A stretch of 64,000 bases of DNA, taken from positions 1,612,001 to 1,676,000 of the forward strand of contig NC_086108.1 in assembly GCF_963921235.1 (NCBI RefSeq), read 5' to 3'. Below are positions 1 through 15,000 of the stretch, piece by piece (position 1 is the stretch's first letter; each line of letters opens with the position of its first letter). The DNA comes from Mobula hypostoma (taxonomy: Eukaryota). The notes beneath the pieces were generated by a model. It had not been told where the DNA came from. It saw only the letters and a program-made list of their open reading frames with translations, and made no database searches. The position numbers and the translations under genes were made by a program.

Positions 1-3000
1 ATCACAGTGCGGAGTCAGTTCAGCGCTGTGCGATGGTCGTAGATCACAGTGCGGAGTCAGTTCAGCGCTGTGCGATGGTCGTAGATCACAGTGCGGAGTC
101 AGTTCAGCACTGTGAGATGGTCGTAGATCACAGTGCGGAGTCAGTTCAGCGCTGTGCGATGGTCGTAGATCACAGTGCGGAGTCAGTTCAGCGCTGTGCG
201 ATGGTCGTAGATCACAGTGCGGAGTCAGTTCAGCGCTGTGCGATGGTTGTAGATCACAGTGCGGAGTCAGTTCAGCGCTGTGCGATGGTTGTAGATCACA
301 GCCGCAGAGTCAGTTCAGCGCTGTGCGATGGTTGTAGATCACAGTGCGGAGTCAGTTCAGCGCTGTGTGATGGTTGTAGATCACAGTGCGGAGTCAGTTC
401 AGCGCTGTGCGATGTTTGTAGATCACCGTGTGGAGTCAGTTCAGCACTGTGCGATGGTTGTAGATCACAGTCGCAGAGTTAGTTCAGCGCTGTGTGATGG
501 TTGTAGATCACAGTGTGGAGTCAGTTCAGCGCAGTGCGATGGTTGTAGATCACAGTGCGGAGTCAGTTCAGCGCTGTGCGATGGTTGTAGATCACAGTGC
601 GGAGTCAGTTCAGCGCTGTGCGATGGTTGTAGATCACAGTGCGGAGTCAGTTCAGCGCTGTGCGATGGTTGTAGATCACAGTGCGGAGTCAGTTCAGCGC
701 TGTGCGATGGTTGTAGATCACAGCCGCAGAGTCAGTTCAGCGCTGTGCGATGGCTGTAGATCACAGTGCGGAGTCAGTTCAGCGCTGTGCAATGGTTGTA
801 GATCACAGTGCGGAGTCAGTTCAGCGCTGTGTGATGGTTGTAGATCACAGTGCGGAGTCAGTTCAGCGCTGTGCGATGGTCGTAGATCACAGCCGCAGAG
901 TCAGTGCAGCGCTGTGCGATGGTTGTAGATCACAGTGCGGAGTCAATTCAGCGCTGTGCGATGGTCGTAAATCATAGTGCAGAGTCTGTTCAGCACTGTG
1001 CGATGGTTGTAGATCACAGTGCGGAGTCAGTTCAGCGCTGTGCGATGGTTGTAGATCACAGTGCGGAGTCAGTTCAGCGCTGTGCGATGGTTGTAGATCA
1101 CAGTGCGGAGTCAGTTCAGCGCTGTGCGATGGTTGTAGATCACAGTGCGGAGTCAGTTCAGCGCTGTGCGATGGTTGTAGATCACAGTGCGGAGTCAGTT
1201 CAGCGCTGTGCGATGGTTGTAGATCACAGTGCGGAGTCAGTTCAGCGCTGTGCGATGGTTGTAGATCACCGTGTGGAGTCAGTTCAGCACTGTGCGATGG
1301 TTGTAGATCACAGTCGCAGAGTCAGTTCAGCGCTGTGCGATGGTTGTAGATCACAGTGTGGAGTCAGTTCAGCGCAGTGCGATGGTTGTAGATCACAGTG
1401 TGGAGTCAGTTCAGCGCTGTGCGATGGTTGTAGATCACAGTGCGGAGTCAGTTCAGCGCTGTGTGATGGTTGTAGATCACAGTGCGGAGTCAGTTCAGCG
1501 CTGTGCGATGGTTGTAGATCACAGCCGCAGAGTCAGTTCAGCGCTGTGCGATGGTTGTAGATCACAGCCGCAGAGTCAGTTCAGCGCTGTGCGATGGCTG
1601 TAGATCACAGTGCGGAGTCAGTTCAGTGCTGTGCAATGGTTGTAGATCACAGTGCGGAGTCAGTTCAGCGCTGTGTGATGGTTGTAGATCACAGTGCGGA
1701 GTCAGTTCAGCGCTGTGCGATGGCTGTAGATCACAGCCGCAGAGTCAGTTCAGCGCTGTGCGATGGTCGTAGATCACAGTGCGGAGTCAGTTCAGCGCTG
1801 TGCGATGGTTGTAGATCACAGTGCAGAGTCAGTTCAGCGCTGTGCGATGGTCGTAGATCACAGCCGCAGAGTCAGTTCAGCGCTGTGCGATGGTTGTAGA
1901 TCACAGTGCGGAGTCAGTTCAGCGCTGTGCGATGGTCGTAGATCATAGTGCAGAGTCTGTTCAGCGCTGTGCGATGGTTGTAGATCACAGTGCGGAGTCA
2001 GTTCAGCGCAGTGCGATGGTTGTAGATCACAGTGCGGAGTCAGTTCAGCGCTGTGCGATGGTTGTAGATCACAGTGCGGAGTCAGTTCAGCGCTGTGCGA
2101 TGGTTGTAGATCACAGTGCGGAGTCAGTTCAGCGCTGTGCGATGGTTGTAGATCACAGTGCGGAGTCAGTTCAGCGCTGTGCGATGGTTGTAGATCACAG
2201 TGCGGAGTCAGTTCAGCGTTGTGCGATGGTTGTAGATCACAGTGCGGAGTCAGTTCAGCGCTGTGCGATGGTTGTAGATCACAGTGCGGAGTCAGTTCAG
2301 CGCTGTGTGATGGTTGTAGATCACAGCCGCAGAGTCAGTTCAGCGCTGTGCGATGGTTGTAGATCACAGCCACAGAGTCAGTTCAGCGCTGTGCGATGGT
2401 TGTAGATCACAGCCGCAGAGTCAGTTCAGCGCTGTGCGATGGCTGTAGATCACAGTGCGGAGTCAGTTCAGCGCTGTGCAATGGTTGTAGATCACAGTGC
2501 GGAGTCAGTTCAGCGCTGTGCGATGGTTGTAGATCACAGTGCGGAGTCAGTTCAGCGCTGTGCGATGGTTGTAGATCACAGCCGCAGAGTCAGTTCAGCG
2601 CTGTGCGATGGTTGTAGATCACAGTGCGGAGTCAGTTCAGCGCTGTGCGATGGTTGTAGATCACAGTGCGGAGTCAGTTCAGCGCTGTGCGATGGTTGTA
2701 GATCACAGTGCGGAGTCAGTTCAGCGCTGTGCGATGGTCGTAGATCACAGCCGCAGAGTCAGTTCAGCGCTGTGCGATGGTTGTAGATCACAGTGCGGAG
2801 TCAGTTCAGCGCTGTGCGATGGTTGTAGATCACAGTGCGGAGTCAGTTCAGCGCTGTGCGATGGTTGTAGATCACAGTGCAGAGTCAGTTCAGCGCTGTG
2901 CGATGGTTGTAGATCACAGTGCGGAGTCAGTTCAGCGCTGTGCGATGGTTGTAGATCACAGTTTGGAGTCAGTTCAGCGCTGTGCGATGGTTGTAGATCA

Positions 3001-6000
3001 CAGCCGCAGAGTGAGTTCAGCGCAGTGCCATGTTCGTAGATCACAGTGCGGAGTCAGTTCAGCGCTGTGCGATGATTGTAGATCACAGTCGCAGAGTTAG
3101 TTCAGCGCTGTGTGATTGTTATAGATCATAGTGTGGAGTCAGTTCAGCGCTTTGCGATGGTTGCAGATCACAGCCACAGAGTCAGTTCAGCACTGTGCGA
3201 TGGTTGTAGATCACAGTGCGGAGTCAGTTCAGCGCTGTGCGATGGTTGTAGATCACAGTGCGGAGTCAGTTCAGCGCTGTGCGATGGTTGTAGATCACAG
3301 TGCGGAGTCAGTTCAGCGCTGTGCGATGGTTGTAGATCACAGTGTGGAGTCAGTTCAGCGCTGTGCGATGGTTGTAGATCACAGTGCAGAGTCAGTTCAG
3401 CACTGTGCGATGGTTGTAGATCACAGTGCGGAGTCAGTTCAGCGCTGTGCGATGGTTGTAGATCACAGTGCGGAGTCAGTTCAGCGCTGTGCGATGGTTG
3501 TAGATCACAGTGCGGAGTCAGTTCAGCGCTGTGCGATGGTTGTAGATCACAGTGCGGAGTCAGTTCAGCGCTGTGCGATGGTTGTAGATCACAGCCGCAA
3601 AATCAGTTCAGCACTGTGCGATGGTTGTAGATCACAGCCGCAGAGTCAGTTCAGCGCTCAGCGATGGTTGTAGATCACAGCCACAGAGTCAGTTCAGCGC
3701 TGTACGATGGTTGTAGATCACAGCCGCAAAGTCAGTTTAGCGCTGTGCGATGGTTGTAGATCACAGCCGCAGAGTCAGTTCAGCGCTGCGCGATGGTTCT
3801 AGATCACAGCCGCAGAGTCAGTTCAGCGCTGTGCGATGGTTGTAGATCACAGTGCGGAGTCAGTTCAGCGCTGTGCGATGGTTGTAGATCACAGTGCGGA
3901 GTCAGTTCAGCGCTGTGTGATGGTTGTAGATCACAGTGCGGAGTCAGTTCAGCGCTGTGCGATGGTTGTAGATCACAGTGCAGAGTCAGTTCAGCGCTGT
4001 GCGATTGTTATAGAACACAGTGCGGAGTCAGTTCAGGGCTGTGCGATGGTTGTAGATCACAGTGCGGAGTAAGTTCAGCGCTGTGCGATGGTTGTAGATC
4101 ACAGTGCGGAGTCAGTTCAGCGCTGTGCGATGGTTGTAGATCACAGTCGCAGAGTCAGTTCAGCGCTCTGCGATGGTTGTAGATCACAGTGTGGAGTCAG
4201 TTCAGCGCTGTGCGATGGTTGTAGATCACAGTGCGGAGTCAGTTCAGCGCTGTGCGATGGTTGTAGATCACAGTGCGGAGTCAGTTCAGGGCTGTGCGAT
4301 GGTTGTAGATCACAGTGCGGAGTAACTTCAGCGCTGTGCGACGGTTGTAGATCACAGTGCGGAGTCAGTTCAGCGCTGTGCGATGGTTGTAGATCACAGT
4401 GCGGAGTCAGTTCAGCGCTGTGCGATGGTTGTAGATCACAGTGCGGAGTCAGTTCAGCACTGTGCGATGGTTGTAGATCACAGTGTGGAGTCAGTTCAGT
4501 ACTGTGCGATGTCCGTTGATCACAGTGCGGAGTCAGTTCAGCGCTGTGCGATGGCTGTAGATCACAGTGCGGAGTCAGTTCAGCGCTGTGTGATGGTTGT
4601 AGATCACAGTGTGTAGTCAGTTCAGCGCTGTGCGATGGTTGTAGATCACAGTGTGTAGTCAGCTCAGCGCTGTGCGATGCTTGTAGATCACAGTGCGGAG
4701 TCAGTTCAGCGCTGTGCGATAGTTCTAGATCACAGTGCGGAGTCAGTTCAGCGCTGTGTGATGGTTGTAGATCACAGTGCGGAGTCAGTTCAGCGCTGTG
4801 CGATGGTTGTAGATCACAGCCGCAGAGTCAGTTCAGCGCTGTGCGATGGTTGTAGATCACAGTGTGGAGTCAGTTCAGCATTGTGCGATGGTTGTAGATC
4901 ACAGTGCGGAGTCAGTTCAGCGCTGTGCGATGGTTGTGGATCACAGTGTGGAGTCAGTTCAGCGCTGTGCGATGGTCGTAGATCACAGTGCGGAGTCAGT
5001 TCAGCGCTGTGCGATGGTTGTAGATCACAGTGCAGAGTCAGTTCAGCGCTGTGTGATGGTTGTAGATCACAGTGCGGAGTCAGTTCAGCGCTGTGCGATG
5101 GTTGTAGATCACAGCCGCAGAGTCAGTTCAGCGCTGTGCGATGGTCGTAGATCACAGTGCGGAGTCAGTTCAGCGCTGTGCAATGTTGTAGATCACAGTG
5201 CGGAGTCAGTTCAGGGCTGTCCGATGGTTGTAGATCACAGTGCGGAGTCAGTTCAGCGCTGTGTGATGGTTGTAGATCACAGTGCGGAGTCAGTTCAGCG
5301 CTGTGCGATGGTCGTAGATCACAGCCGCAGAGTCAGTTCAGCGCTGTGCGATGGTTGTAGATCACAGTGCGGAGTCAGTTCAGCGCTGTGCGATGGTCGT
5401 AGATCACAGTGCGGAGTCAGTTCAGCGCTGTGCGATGGTTGTAGATCACAGTGCGGAGTCAGTTCAGCGCTGTGCGATGGTCGTAGCTCACAGTGCGGAG
5501 TCAGTTCACCGCTGTGCGATGGTTGTAGATCACAGTGCGGAGTCAGTTCAGCGCTGTGCGAAGGTTGTAGATCACAGATTGGAGTCAGTTCAGCGCTGTG
5601 CGATGGTTGTAGATCACAGCCGCAGAGTCAGTTCAGCGCTGTGCGATGGTTGTAGATCACAGTGCGGAGTCAGTTCAGCGCTGTGCGATTGTTGTAGATC
5701 ATAGTGTGGAGTCAGTTCAGCGCTTTGCGATGGTTGTAGATCACAGTCGCAGAGTTAGTTCAGTGCTGTGTTATTGTTGTTAGATCACAGTGCAGAGTCA
5801 GTTCAGCGCTGTGCGATGGTTGTAGATCACAGTGCAGAGTCAGTTCAGCGCTGTGCGATGGTTGTAGATCACAGTGCGGAGTCAGTTCAGCGCTGTGCGA
5901 TGGTTGTAGATCACAGTGCAGAGTCAGTTCAGCGCTGTGCGATGGTTGTAGATCACAGTGCGGAGTCAGTTCAGCGCTGTGCGATGGTTGTAGATCACAG

Positions 6001-9000
6001 TGCGGAGTCAGTTCAGCGCTGTGCGATGGTTGTAGATCACAGCCGCAGAGTCAGTTCAGCGCTGTGCGATGGCTCTTGATCACAGTGTGGAGTCAGTTCA
6101 GCGCTGTGCGATGGCTGTTGATCACAGCTGGGAGTCAGTTCAGCACTGTGCGATAGTTGTAGATCACAGTGCGGAGACAGTTCAGCTCTGTGTGATGGTT
6201 GTAGATCACAGTGCGGAGTCAGTTCAGCGCTGTGCGATGTTGTAGATCACAGTGCGGAGTCAGTTCAGCGCTGTGCGATGGTAGTAGATCACAGTCGCGG
6301 AGTCAGTTCAGCGCTGTGCGATGGTCGTAGATCACAGTGCGGAGTCAGTTCAGCGCTGTGCGATGGTCGTAGATCACAGTGCGGAGTCAGTTCAGCGCTG
6401 TGCGATGGTCGTAGATCACAGTGCGGAGTCAGTTCAGCGCTGTGCGATGGTCGTAGATCACAGTGCGGAGTCAGTTCAGCGCTGTGCGATGTCCGTTGAT
6501 CACAGTGCGGAGTCAGTTCAGCGCTGTGCGATGGCTGTAGATCACAGTGCGGAGTCAGTTCAGCGCTGTGTGATGGTTGTAGATCACAGTGTGTAGTCAG
6601 TTCAGCGCTGTGCGATGGTTGTAGATCACAGTGTGTAGTCAGCTCAGCGCTGTGCGATGCTTGTAGATCACAGTGCGGAGTCAGTTCAGCGCTGTGCGAT
6701 AGTTCTAGATCACAGTGCGGAGTCAGTTCAGCGCTGTGTGATGGTTGTAGATCACAGTGCGGAGTCAGTTCAGCGCTGTGCGATGGTTGTAGATCACAGC
6801 CGCAGAGTCAGTTCAGCGCTGTGCGATGGCTGTTGATCACAGTGTGGAGTCAGTTCAGCGCTGTGCAATGGTCGTAGATCACAGTGCGGAGTCAGTTCAG
6901 AGCTGTGCGATGGTTGTCGATCACAGTGTGGAGTCAGTTCAGCGCTGTGTGATGGTCGTAGATCACAGTGTGTAGTCAGTTCAGCGCTGTGTGATGGTTG
7001 TAGATCACATTGCGGAGTCAGTTCAGCGCTGTGTGATGGTTGTAGATCACAGTGTGGAGTCAGTTCAGCGCTGTGCGATGGTTGGAGATCTCACCCGCAG
7101 AGTCAGTTCAGCGCTGTGCGATGGTTGTAGATCACAGTGCAGAGTCAGTTCAGCGCTGTGCGATGGTTGTAGATCACAGTGCGGAGTCAGTTCAGCGCTG
7201 TGCGATGGTTGTAGATCACAGTGCGCAGTCAGTTCAGCGCTGTGCAACGGTTGTAGATCACAGTGCGGAGTCAGTTCAGCGCTGTGTGATGGTTGTAGAT
7301 CACAGTGCGGAGACGGTTCAGCGCTGTGCGATGGCTGTAGATCACAGCCGCACAGTCAGTTCAGCGCTGTGCGATGGTCGTAGATCACAGCCGCAGAGTC
7401 AGTTCAGCGCTGTGCGATGGTTGTTGATCACAGTGCGGAGTCAGTTCAGCGCTGTGCGATGTTGTAGATCACAGTGCGGAGTCAGTTCAGGGCTGTCCGA
7501 TGTTTGTAGATCACAGTGCGGAGTCAGTTCAGCGCTGTGCGATGGTTGTAGATCACAGTGCGGAGTCAGTTCAGCGTTGTGCGATGGTTGTAGATCACAG
7601 TGCGGAGTCAGTTCAGCGCTGTGCGATGGTTGTAGATCACTGTGTGGAGTCAGTTCTGCGCTGTGCGATGGCTGTTGATCACAGTGCGGAGTCAGTTCAG
7701 CGCTGTGCGATGGTTGTAGATCACAGTGCGGAATCAGTTCAGCGCTGTGTGATGGTTGTAGATCACAGTGCGGAGTCAGTTCAGCGCTGTGCGATGGCTG
7801 TAGATCACAGCCGCAGGGTCAGTTCAGCGCTGTGCGATGGTCGTAGATCACAGCCGCAGAGTCAGTTCAGCGCTGTGCGATGGTTGTAGATCACAGTGCG
7901 GAGTCAGTTCAGCGCTGTGCGATGGTTGTAGATCACAGTGCGGAGTCAGTTCAGCGCTGTGCGATGGTTGTAGATCACAGCCGCAGAGTCAGTTCAGCGC
8001 TGTGCGATGGTCGTAGATCACAGTGCGGAGTCAGTTCAGCGCTGTGCGATGGTTGTAGATCACAGTGCAGAGTCAGTTCAGCGCTGTGCGATGGTTGTAG
8101 ATCACAGTGCGGAGTCAGTTCAGCGCTGTGCGATGGCGGTTGATCACAGTGTGGAGTCAGTTCAGCGCTGTGCGATGGTTGTAGATCACAGTGCGGAGTC
8201 AGTTCAGCGCTGTGTGATGGTTGTAGATCACAGTGTGTAGTCAGTTCAGCGCTGTGCGATGGTTGTAGATCACAGTGTGTCGTCAGTTCAGCGCTGTGCG
8301 ATGGTTGTAGATCACAGTGCGGAGTCAGTTCAGCGCTGTGTGATGGTTGTAGATCACAGTGTGTAGTCAGTTCAGCGCTGTGCGATGGTTGTAGATCACA
8401 GTGTGTCGTCAGTTCAGCGCTGTGCGATGCTTGTAGATCACAGTGCGGAGTCAGTTCAGCGCTGTGCGATGGCTGTTGATCACAGTGTGGAGTCAGTTCA
8501 GCGCTGTGCGATGGTTGTAGATCTCAGTGCGGAGTCAGTTCAGCGCTGTGTGATGGTTGTACATCACAGTGTGTAGTCAGTTCAGCGCTGTGCGATGGTT
8601 GTAGATCACAGTGTGTAGTCAGCTCAGCGCTGTGCGATTCTTGTAGATCACAGTGCGGAGTCAGTTCAGCGCTGTGCGATAGTTGTAGATCACAGTGCGG
8701 AGTCAGTTCAGCGCTGTGTGATGGTTGTAGATCACAGTGCGGAGTCAGTTCAGCGCTGTGCGATGGTTGTAGATCACAGCCGCAGAGTCAGTTCAGCGCT
8801 GTGCGATGGCTGTTGATCACAGTGTGGAGTCAGTTCAGCGCTGTGCAATGGTTGTACATCACAGTGCGGAGTCAGTTCAGCGCTGTGTGATTGCTGTAGA
8901 TCACAGTGTGTAGTCCGTTCAGCGCTGTGCGATGGTCGTAGATCACAGTGTGTAGTCAATTCAGCGCTGTGGATATTTGTAGATCACATTGCGGATTCAG

Positions 9001-12000
9001 TTCAGCGCTGTGCGATAGTTGCAGATCACAGTGCGGAGTCAGTTCAGCGCTGTGTGATAGTTGTAGATCACAGTGCGGAGTCAGTTCAGCGCTGTGCGAT
9101 GGTTGTAGATCACAGCCGCAGAGTCAGTTCAGCGCTGTGCGATGGTTGTAGATCACAGCCGCAGAGTCAGTTCAGCGCTGTGCGATGGTTGTAGATCACA
9201 GTGCGGAGTCAGTTCAGCATTGTGCGATGGTTGTAGATCACAGTGCGGAGTCAGTTCAGCGCTGTGCGATGGTTGTAGATCACTGTGTGGAGTCAGTTCT
9301 GCGCTGTGCGATGGCTGTTGATCACAGTGCGGAGTCAGTTCAGCGCTGTGCGATGGTTGTAGATCACAGTGCGGAGTCAGTTCAGCGCTGTGCGATGGTT
9401 GTAGATCACAGTGCGGAGTCAGTTCAGCGCTGTGCGATAGTTGTAGATCACAGTGCGGAATCAGTTCAGCGCTGTGCGATGGTTGTAGATCACAGTGCGG
9501 AGTCAGTTCAGCGCTGTGCGATGGTTGTAGATCACAGTCGCAGAGTCAGTTCAGCGCTGTGCGATGGTTGTAGATCACAGTGTGGAGTCAGTTCAGCGCT
9601 GTGCGATGGTTGTAGATCACAGTGCGGAGTCAGTTCAGCGCTGTGCGATGGTTGTAGATCACAGTGTGGAGTCAGTTCAGCGCTGTGCGATGGTCGTAGA
9701 TCACAGTGCGGAGTCAGTTCAGCGCTGTGCGATGGTTGTAGATCACAGTGCGGAGTCAGTTCAGCGCTGTGCGATGGTTGTAGATCACAGTGCGGAGTCA
9801 GTTCTGCGCTGTGCGATGGTTGTAGATCACAGCCGCAGAGTCAGTTCAGCGCTGTGCGATGGTTGTAGATCACAGCCGCAGAGTCAGTTCAGCGCTGTGC
9901 GATGGTTGTAGATCACAGTGCGGAGACAGTTCAGCTCTGTGTGATGGTTGTAGATCACAGTGCGGAGTCAGTTTAGCGCTGTGCGATGGTCGTAGATCAC
10001 AGTGCGGAGTCAGTTCAGCGCTGTGCGATGGTTGTAGATCACAGTGCGGAGTCAGTTCAGCGCTGTGCGATGGTTGTAGATCACAGCCGCAGAGTCAGTT
10101 CAGCGCTGTGCGATGGTCGTAGATCACAGTGCGGAGTCAGTTCAGCGCTGTGCGATGGTTGTAGATCACAGCCGCAGAGTCAGTTCAGCGCTGTGCGATG
10201 GTTGTAGATCACAGTGCGGAGTCAGTTCAGCGCTGTGCGATGGTTGTAGATCACAGTGCGGAGTCAGTTCAGCGCTGTGCGATGGTTGTAGATCACAGTG
10301 CGGAGTCAGTTCAGCGCTGTGCGATGGTTGTAGATCACAGTGCGGAGTCAGTTCAGCGTTGTGCGATGGTTGTAGATCACAGTGCGGAGTCAGTTCAGCG
10401 CTGTGCGATGGTTGTAGATCACTGTGTGGAGTCAGTTCTGCGCTGTGCGATGGCTGTTGATCACAGTGCGGAGTCAGTTCAGCGCTGTGCGATGGTTGTA
10501 GATCACAGTGCGGAATCAGTTCAGCGCTGTGTGATGGTTGTAGATCACAGTGCGGAGTCAGTTCAGCGCTGTGCGATGGTTGTAGATCACAGCCGCAGAG
10601 TCAGTTCAGCGCTGTGCGATGGTTGTAGATCACAGTGCAGAGTCAGTTCAGCGCTGTGCGATGGTTGTAGATCACAGTGCGGAGTCAGTTCAGCGCTGTG
10701 CGATGGTTGTAGATCACAGTGCGGAGTCAGTTCAGCGCTGTGCGATGGCTGTAGATCACAGCCGCAGAGTCAGTTCAGCGCTGTGCGATGGTCGTAGATC
10801 ACAGTGCAGAGTCAGTTCAGCGCTGTGCGATGGTTGTAGATCACAGTGCGGAGTCAGTTCAGCGCTGTGCGATGGTTGTAGATCACAGTGCGGAGTCAGT
10901 TCAGCGCAGTGCGATAGTTGTAGATCACATTGTGGAGTCAGTTCAGCACTGTGTGATGGTTGTAGATCACAGTGCGGAGTCAGTTCAGCGTTGTGCGATG
11001 GTTGTAGATCACAGTGTGGAGTCAGTTCAGCGCTGTGCGATGGTTGTAGATCACAGTGCGGAGTCAGTTCAGCGCTGTGCGATGGTTGTAGATCACAGTG
11101 CGGAGTCAGTTCAGCGCTGTGCGATGGTTGTAGATCACAGTGCGGAGTCAGTTCAGCGCTGTGCGATGGTTGTAGATCACAGTGCGGAGTCAGTTCAGCG
11201 CTGTGCGATGGTTGTAGATCACAGCCGCAGAGTCAGTTCAGCGCTGTGCGATGGCTGTTGATCACAGTGTGGAGTCAGTTCAGCGCTGTGCAATGGTTGT
11301 ACATCACAGTGCGGAGTCAGTTCAGCGCTGTGTGAATGCTGTAGATCACAGTGTGTAGTCAGTTCAGCGCTGTGCGATGGTCGTAGATCACAGTGTGTAG
11401 TCAGTTCAGCGCTGTGTGATGGTTGTAGATCACATTGTGGAGTCAGTTCAGCGCTGTGTGATGGCTGTAGATCACAGTGCGCAGTCAGTTCAGCGCTGTG
11501 CGATGGTTGTAGATCACAGCCGCAGAGTCAGTTCAGCGCTGTGCGATGGTTGTAGATCACAGCCGCAGAGTCAGTTCAGCGCTTTGCGATGGATGTAGAT
11601 CACAGTGCGGAGTCAGTTCAGCGCAGTGCGATGGTTGTAGATCACAGTGCGCAGTCAGTTCAGCGCTGTGCAACGGTTGTAGATCACAGTGCGGAGTCAG
11701 TTCAGCGCTGTGTGATGGTTGTAGATCACAGTGCGGAGACGGTTCAGCGCTGTGCGATGGCTGTAGATCACAGCCGCAGAGTCAGTTCAGCGCTGTGCGA
11801 TGGTTGTAGATCACAGTGTGGAGTCAGTTCAGCGCTGTGCGATGGTTGCAGATCACAGCCACAGAGTCAGTTCAGCACTGTGCGATGGTCGTAGATCACA
11901 GTGCGGAGTCAGTTCAGCGCTGTGCAATGTTGTAGATCACAGTGCGGAGTCAGTTCAGGGCTGTCCGATGGTTGTAGATCACAGTGCGGAGTCAGTTCAG

Positions 12001-15000
12001 CGCTGTGCGATGGTTGTAGATCACAGTGCGGAGTCAGTTCAGCGTTGTGCGATGGTTGTAGATCACAGTGCGGAGTCAGTTCAGCGCTGTGCGATGGTTG
12101 TAGATCACTGTGTGGAGTCAGTTCTGCGCTGTGCGATGGCTGTTGATCACAGTGCGGAGTCAGTTCAGCGCTGTGCGATGGTTGTAGATCACAGTGCGGA
12201 ATCAGTTCAGCGCTGTGTGATGGTTGTAGATCACAGTGTGGAGTCAGTTCAGCGCTGTGCGATGGCTGTAGATCACAGCCGCAGAGTCAGTTCAGCGCTG
12301 TGCGATGGTCGTAGATCACAGCCGCAGAGTCAGTTCAGCGCTGTGCGATGGTTGTAGATCACAGTGCGGAGTCAGTTCAGCGCTGTGCGATGGTTGTAGA
12401 TCACATTGCGGAGTCAGTTCAGCGCTGTGCGATGATTGTAGATCAGAGCCGCAGAGTCAGTTCAGCGCTGTGCGATGGTCGTAGATCACAGTGCGGAGTC
12501 AGTTCAGCGCTGTGCGATGGTTGTAGATCACAGTGCGGAGTCAGTTCAGCGCTGTGCGATGGTTGTAGATCACAGTGCGGAGTCAGTTCAGCGCTGTGCG
12601 ATGGTTGTAGATCACAGTGTGGAGTCAGTTCAGCGCTGTGCGATGGTTGTAGATCACAGTGCGGAGTCAGTTCAGCGCTGTGCGATGGTTGTAGATCACA
12701 GTGCGGAGTCAGTTCAGCGCTGTGCGATGGTTGTAGATCACAGTGCGGAGTCAGTTCAGCGCTGTGCGATGGTTGTAGATCACAGTACGGAGTCAGTTCA
12801 GCGCTGTGCGATGGTTGTAGATCACAGTGCGGAGTCAGTTCAGCGCTGTGCGATGGTTGTAGATCACAGTGCAGAGTCAGTTCAGCGCTGTGCGATGGTT
12901 GTAGATCACAGTGCGGAGTCAGTTCAGCGCTGTGCGATGGTTGTAGATCACAGTGTGGAGTCAGTTCAGCGCTGTGCGATGGTTGTAGATCACAGTGCGG
13001 AGTCAGTTCAGCGCTGTGCGATGGTTGTAGATCACAGTGCGGAGTCAGTTCAGCGCTGTGCGATGGTTGTAGATCACAGCCGCAGAGTCAGTTCAGCGCT
13101 GTGCGATGGTTGTAGATCACAGTGCGGAGTCAGTTCAGCGCTGTGCGATGGTTGTAGATCACCGTGTGGAGTCAGTTCAGCACTGTGCGATGGTTGTAGA
13201 TCACAGTCGCAGAGTTAGTTCAGCGCTGTGTTATTGTTGTTAGATCACAGTGCAGAGTCAGTTCAGCACTGTGCGATGGTTGTAGATCACAGTCGCAGAG
13301 TCAGTTCAGCGCTGTGCGATGGTTGTAGATCACAGTGCGGAGTCAGTTCAGCGCTGTGCGATGGTTGTAGATCACAGTGCGGAGTCAGTTCAGCGCTGTG
13401 CGATGGTTGTAGATCACAGTGCGGAGTCAGTTCAGCGCTGTGCGATGGTTGTAGATCACAGTGCGGAGTCAGTTCAGCGCTGTGCGATGGTTGTAGATCA
13501 CAGCCGCAGAGTCAGTTCAGCGCTGTGCGATGGTTGTAGATCACAGTGTGGAGTCAGTTCAGCGCTGTGCGATGGTTGTAGATCACAGTGCAGAGTCAGT
13601 TCAGCACTGTGCGATGGTTGTAGATCACAGTGCGGAGTCAGTTCAGCGCTGTGCGATGGTTGTAGATCACAGTGCGGAGTCAGTTCAGCGCTGTGCGATG
13701 GTTGTAGATCACAGTGCGGAGTCAGTTCAGCGCTGTGCGATGGTTGTAGATCACAGTGCGGAGTCAGTTCAGCGCTGTGCGATGGTTGTAGATCACAGTG
13801 CAGAGTCTGTTCAGCGCTGTGCGATGGTCGTAGATCACAGTGCGGAGTCAGTTCAGCGCTGTGCGATGGTCGTAGATCACAGTGCGGAGTCAGTTCAGCG
13901 CTGTGCGATGGTCGTAGATCACAGTGCGGAGTCAGTTCAGCGCTGTGCGATGGTCGTAGATCACAGTGCGGAGTCAGTTCAGCGCTGTGCGATGTCCGTT
14001 GATCACAGTGCGGAGTCAGTTCAGCGCTGTGCGATGGCTGTAGATCACAGTGCGGAGTCAGTTCAGCGCTGTGTGATGGTTGTAGATCACAGTGTGTAGT
14101 CAGTTCAGCGCTGTGCGATGGTTGTAGATCACAGTGTGTAGTCAGCTCAGCGCTGTGCGATGCTTGTAGATCACAGTGCGGAGTCAGTTCAGCGCTGTGC
14201 GATAGTTCTAGATCACAGTGCGAGTCAGTTCAGCGCTGTGTGATGGTTGTAGATCACAGTGCGGAGTCAGTTCAGCGCTGTGCGATGGTTGTAGATCACA
14301 GCCGCAGAGTCAGTTCAGCGCTGTGCGATGGCTGTTGATCACAGTGTGGAGTCAGTTCAGCGCTGTGCAATGGTTGTACATCACAGTGCGGAGTCAGTTC
14401 AGCGCTGTGTGAATGCTGTAGATCACAGTGTGTAGTCAGTTCAGCGCTGTGCGATGGTCGTAGATCACAGTGTGTAGTCAGTTCAGCGCTGTGTGATGGT
14501 TGTAGATCACATTGCGGAGTCAGTTCAGCGCTGTGTGATGGCTGTAGATCACAGTGCGCAGTCAGTTCAGCGCTGTGCGATGGCTGTAGATCACAGCCGC
14601 AGAGTCAGTTCAGCGCTGTGCGATGGTCGTAGATCACAGCCGCAGAGTCAGTTCAGCGCTGTGCGATGGCTGTAGATCACAGTGCGGAGTCAGTTCAGCG
14701 CAGTGCGATGGTTGTAGATCACAGTGCGGAGTCAGTTCAGCGCTGTGTGATGGTTGTAGATCACAGTGCGGAGACGGTTCAGCGCTGTGCGATGGCTGTA
14801 GATCACAGCCGCAGAGTCAGTTCAGCGCTGTGCGATGGTCGTAGATCACAGTGCGGAGTCAGTTCTGCGCTGTGCGATGGCTGTTGATCACAGTGCGGAG
14901 TCAGTTCTGCGCTGTGCGATGGTTGTACATCACAGTGCGGAGTCAGTTCAGCGCTGTGCAATGGTTGTAGATCACAGTGCGGAGTCAGTTCAGCGCTGTG

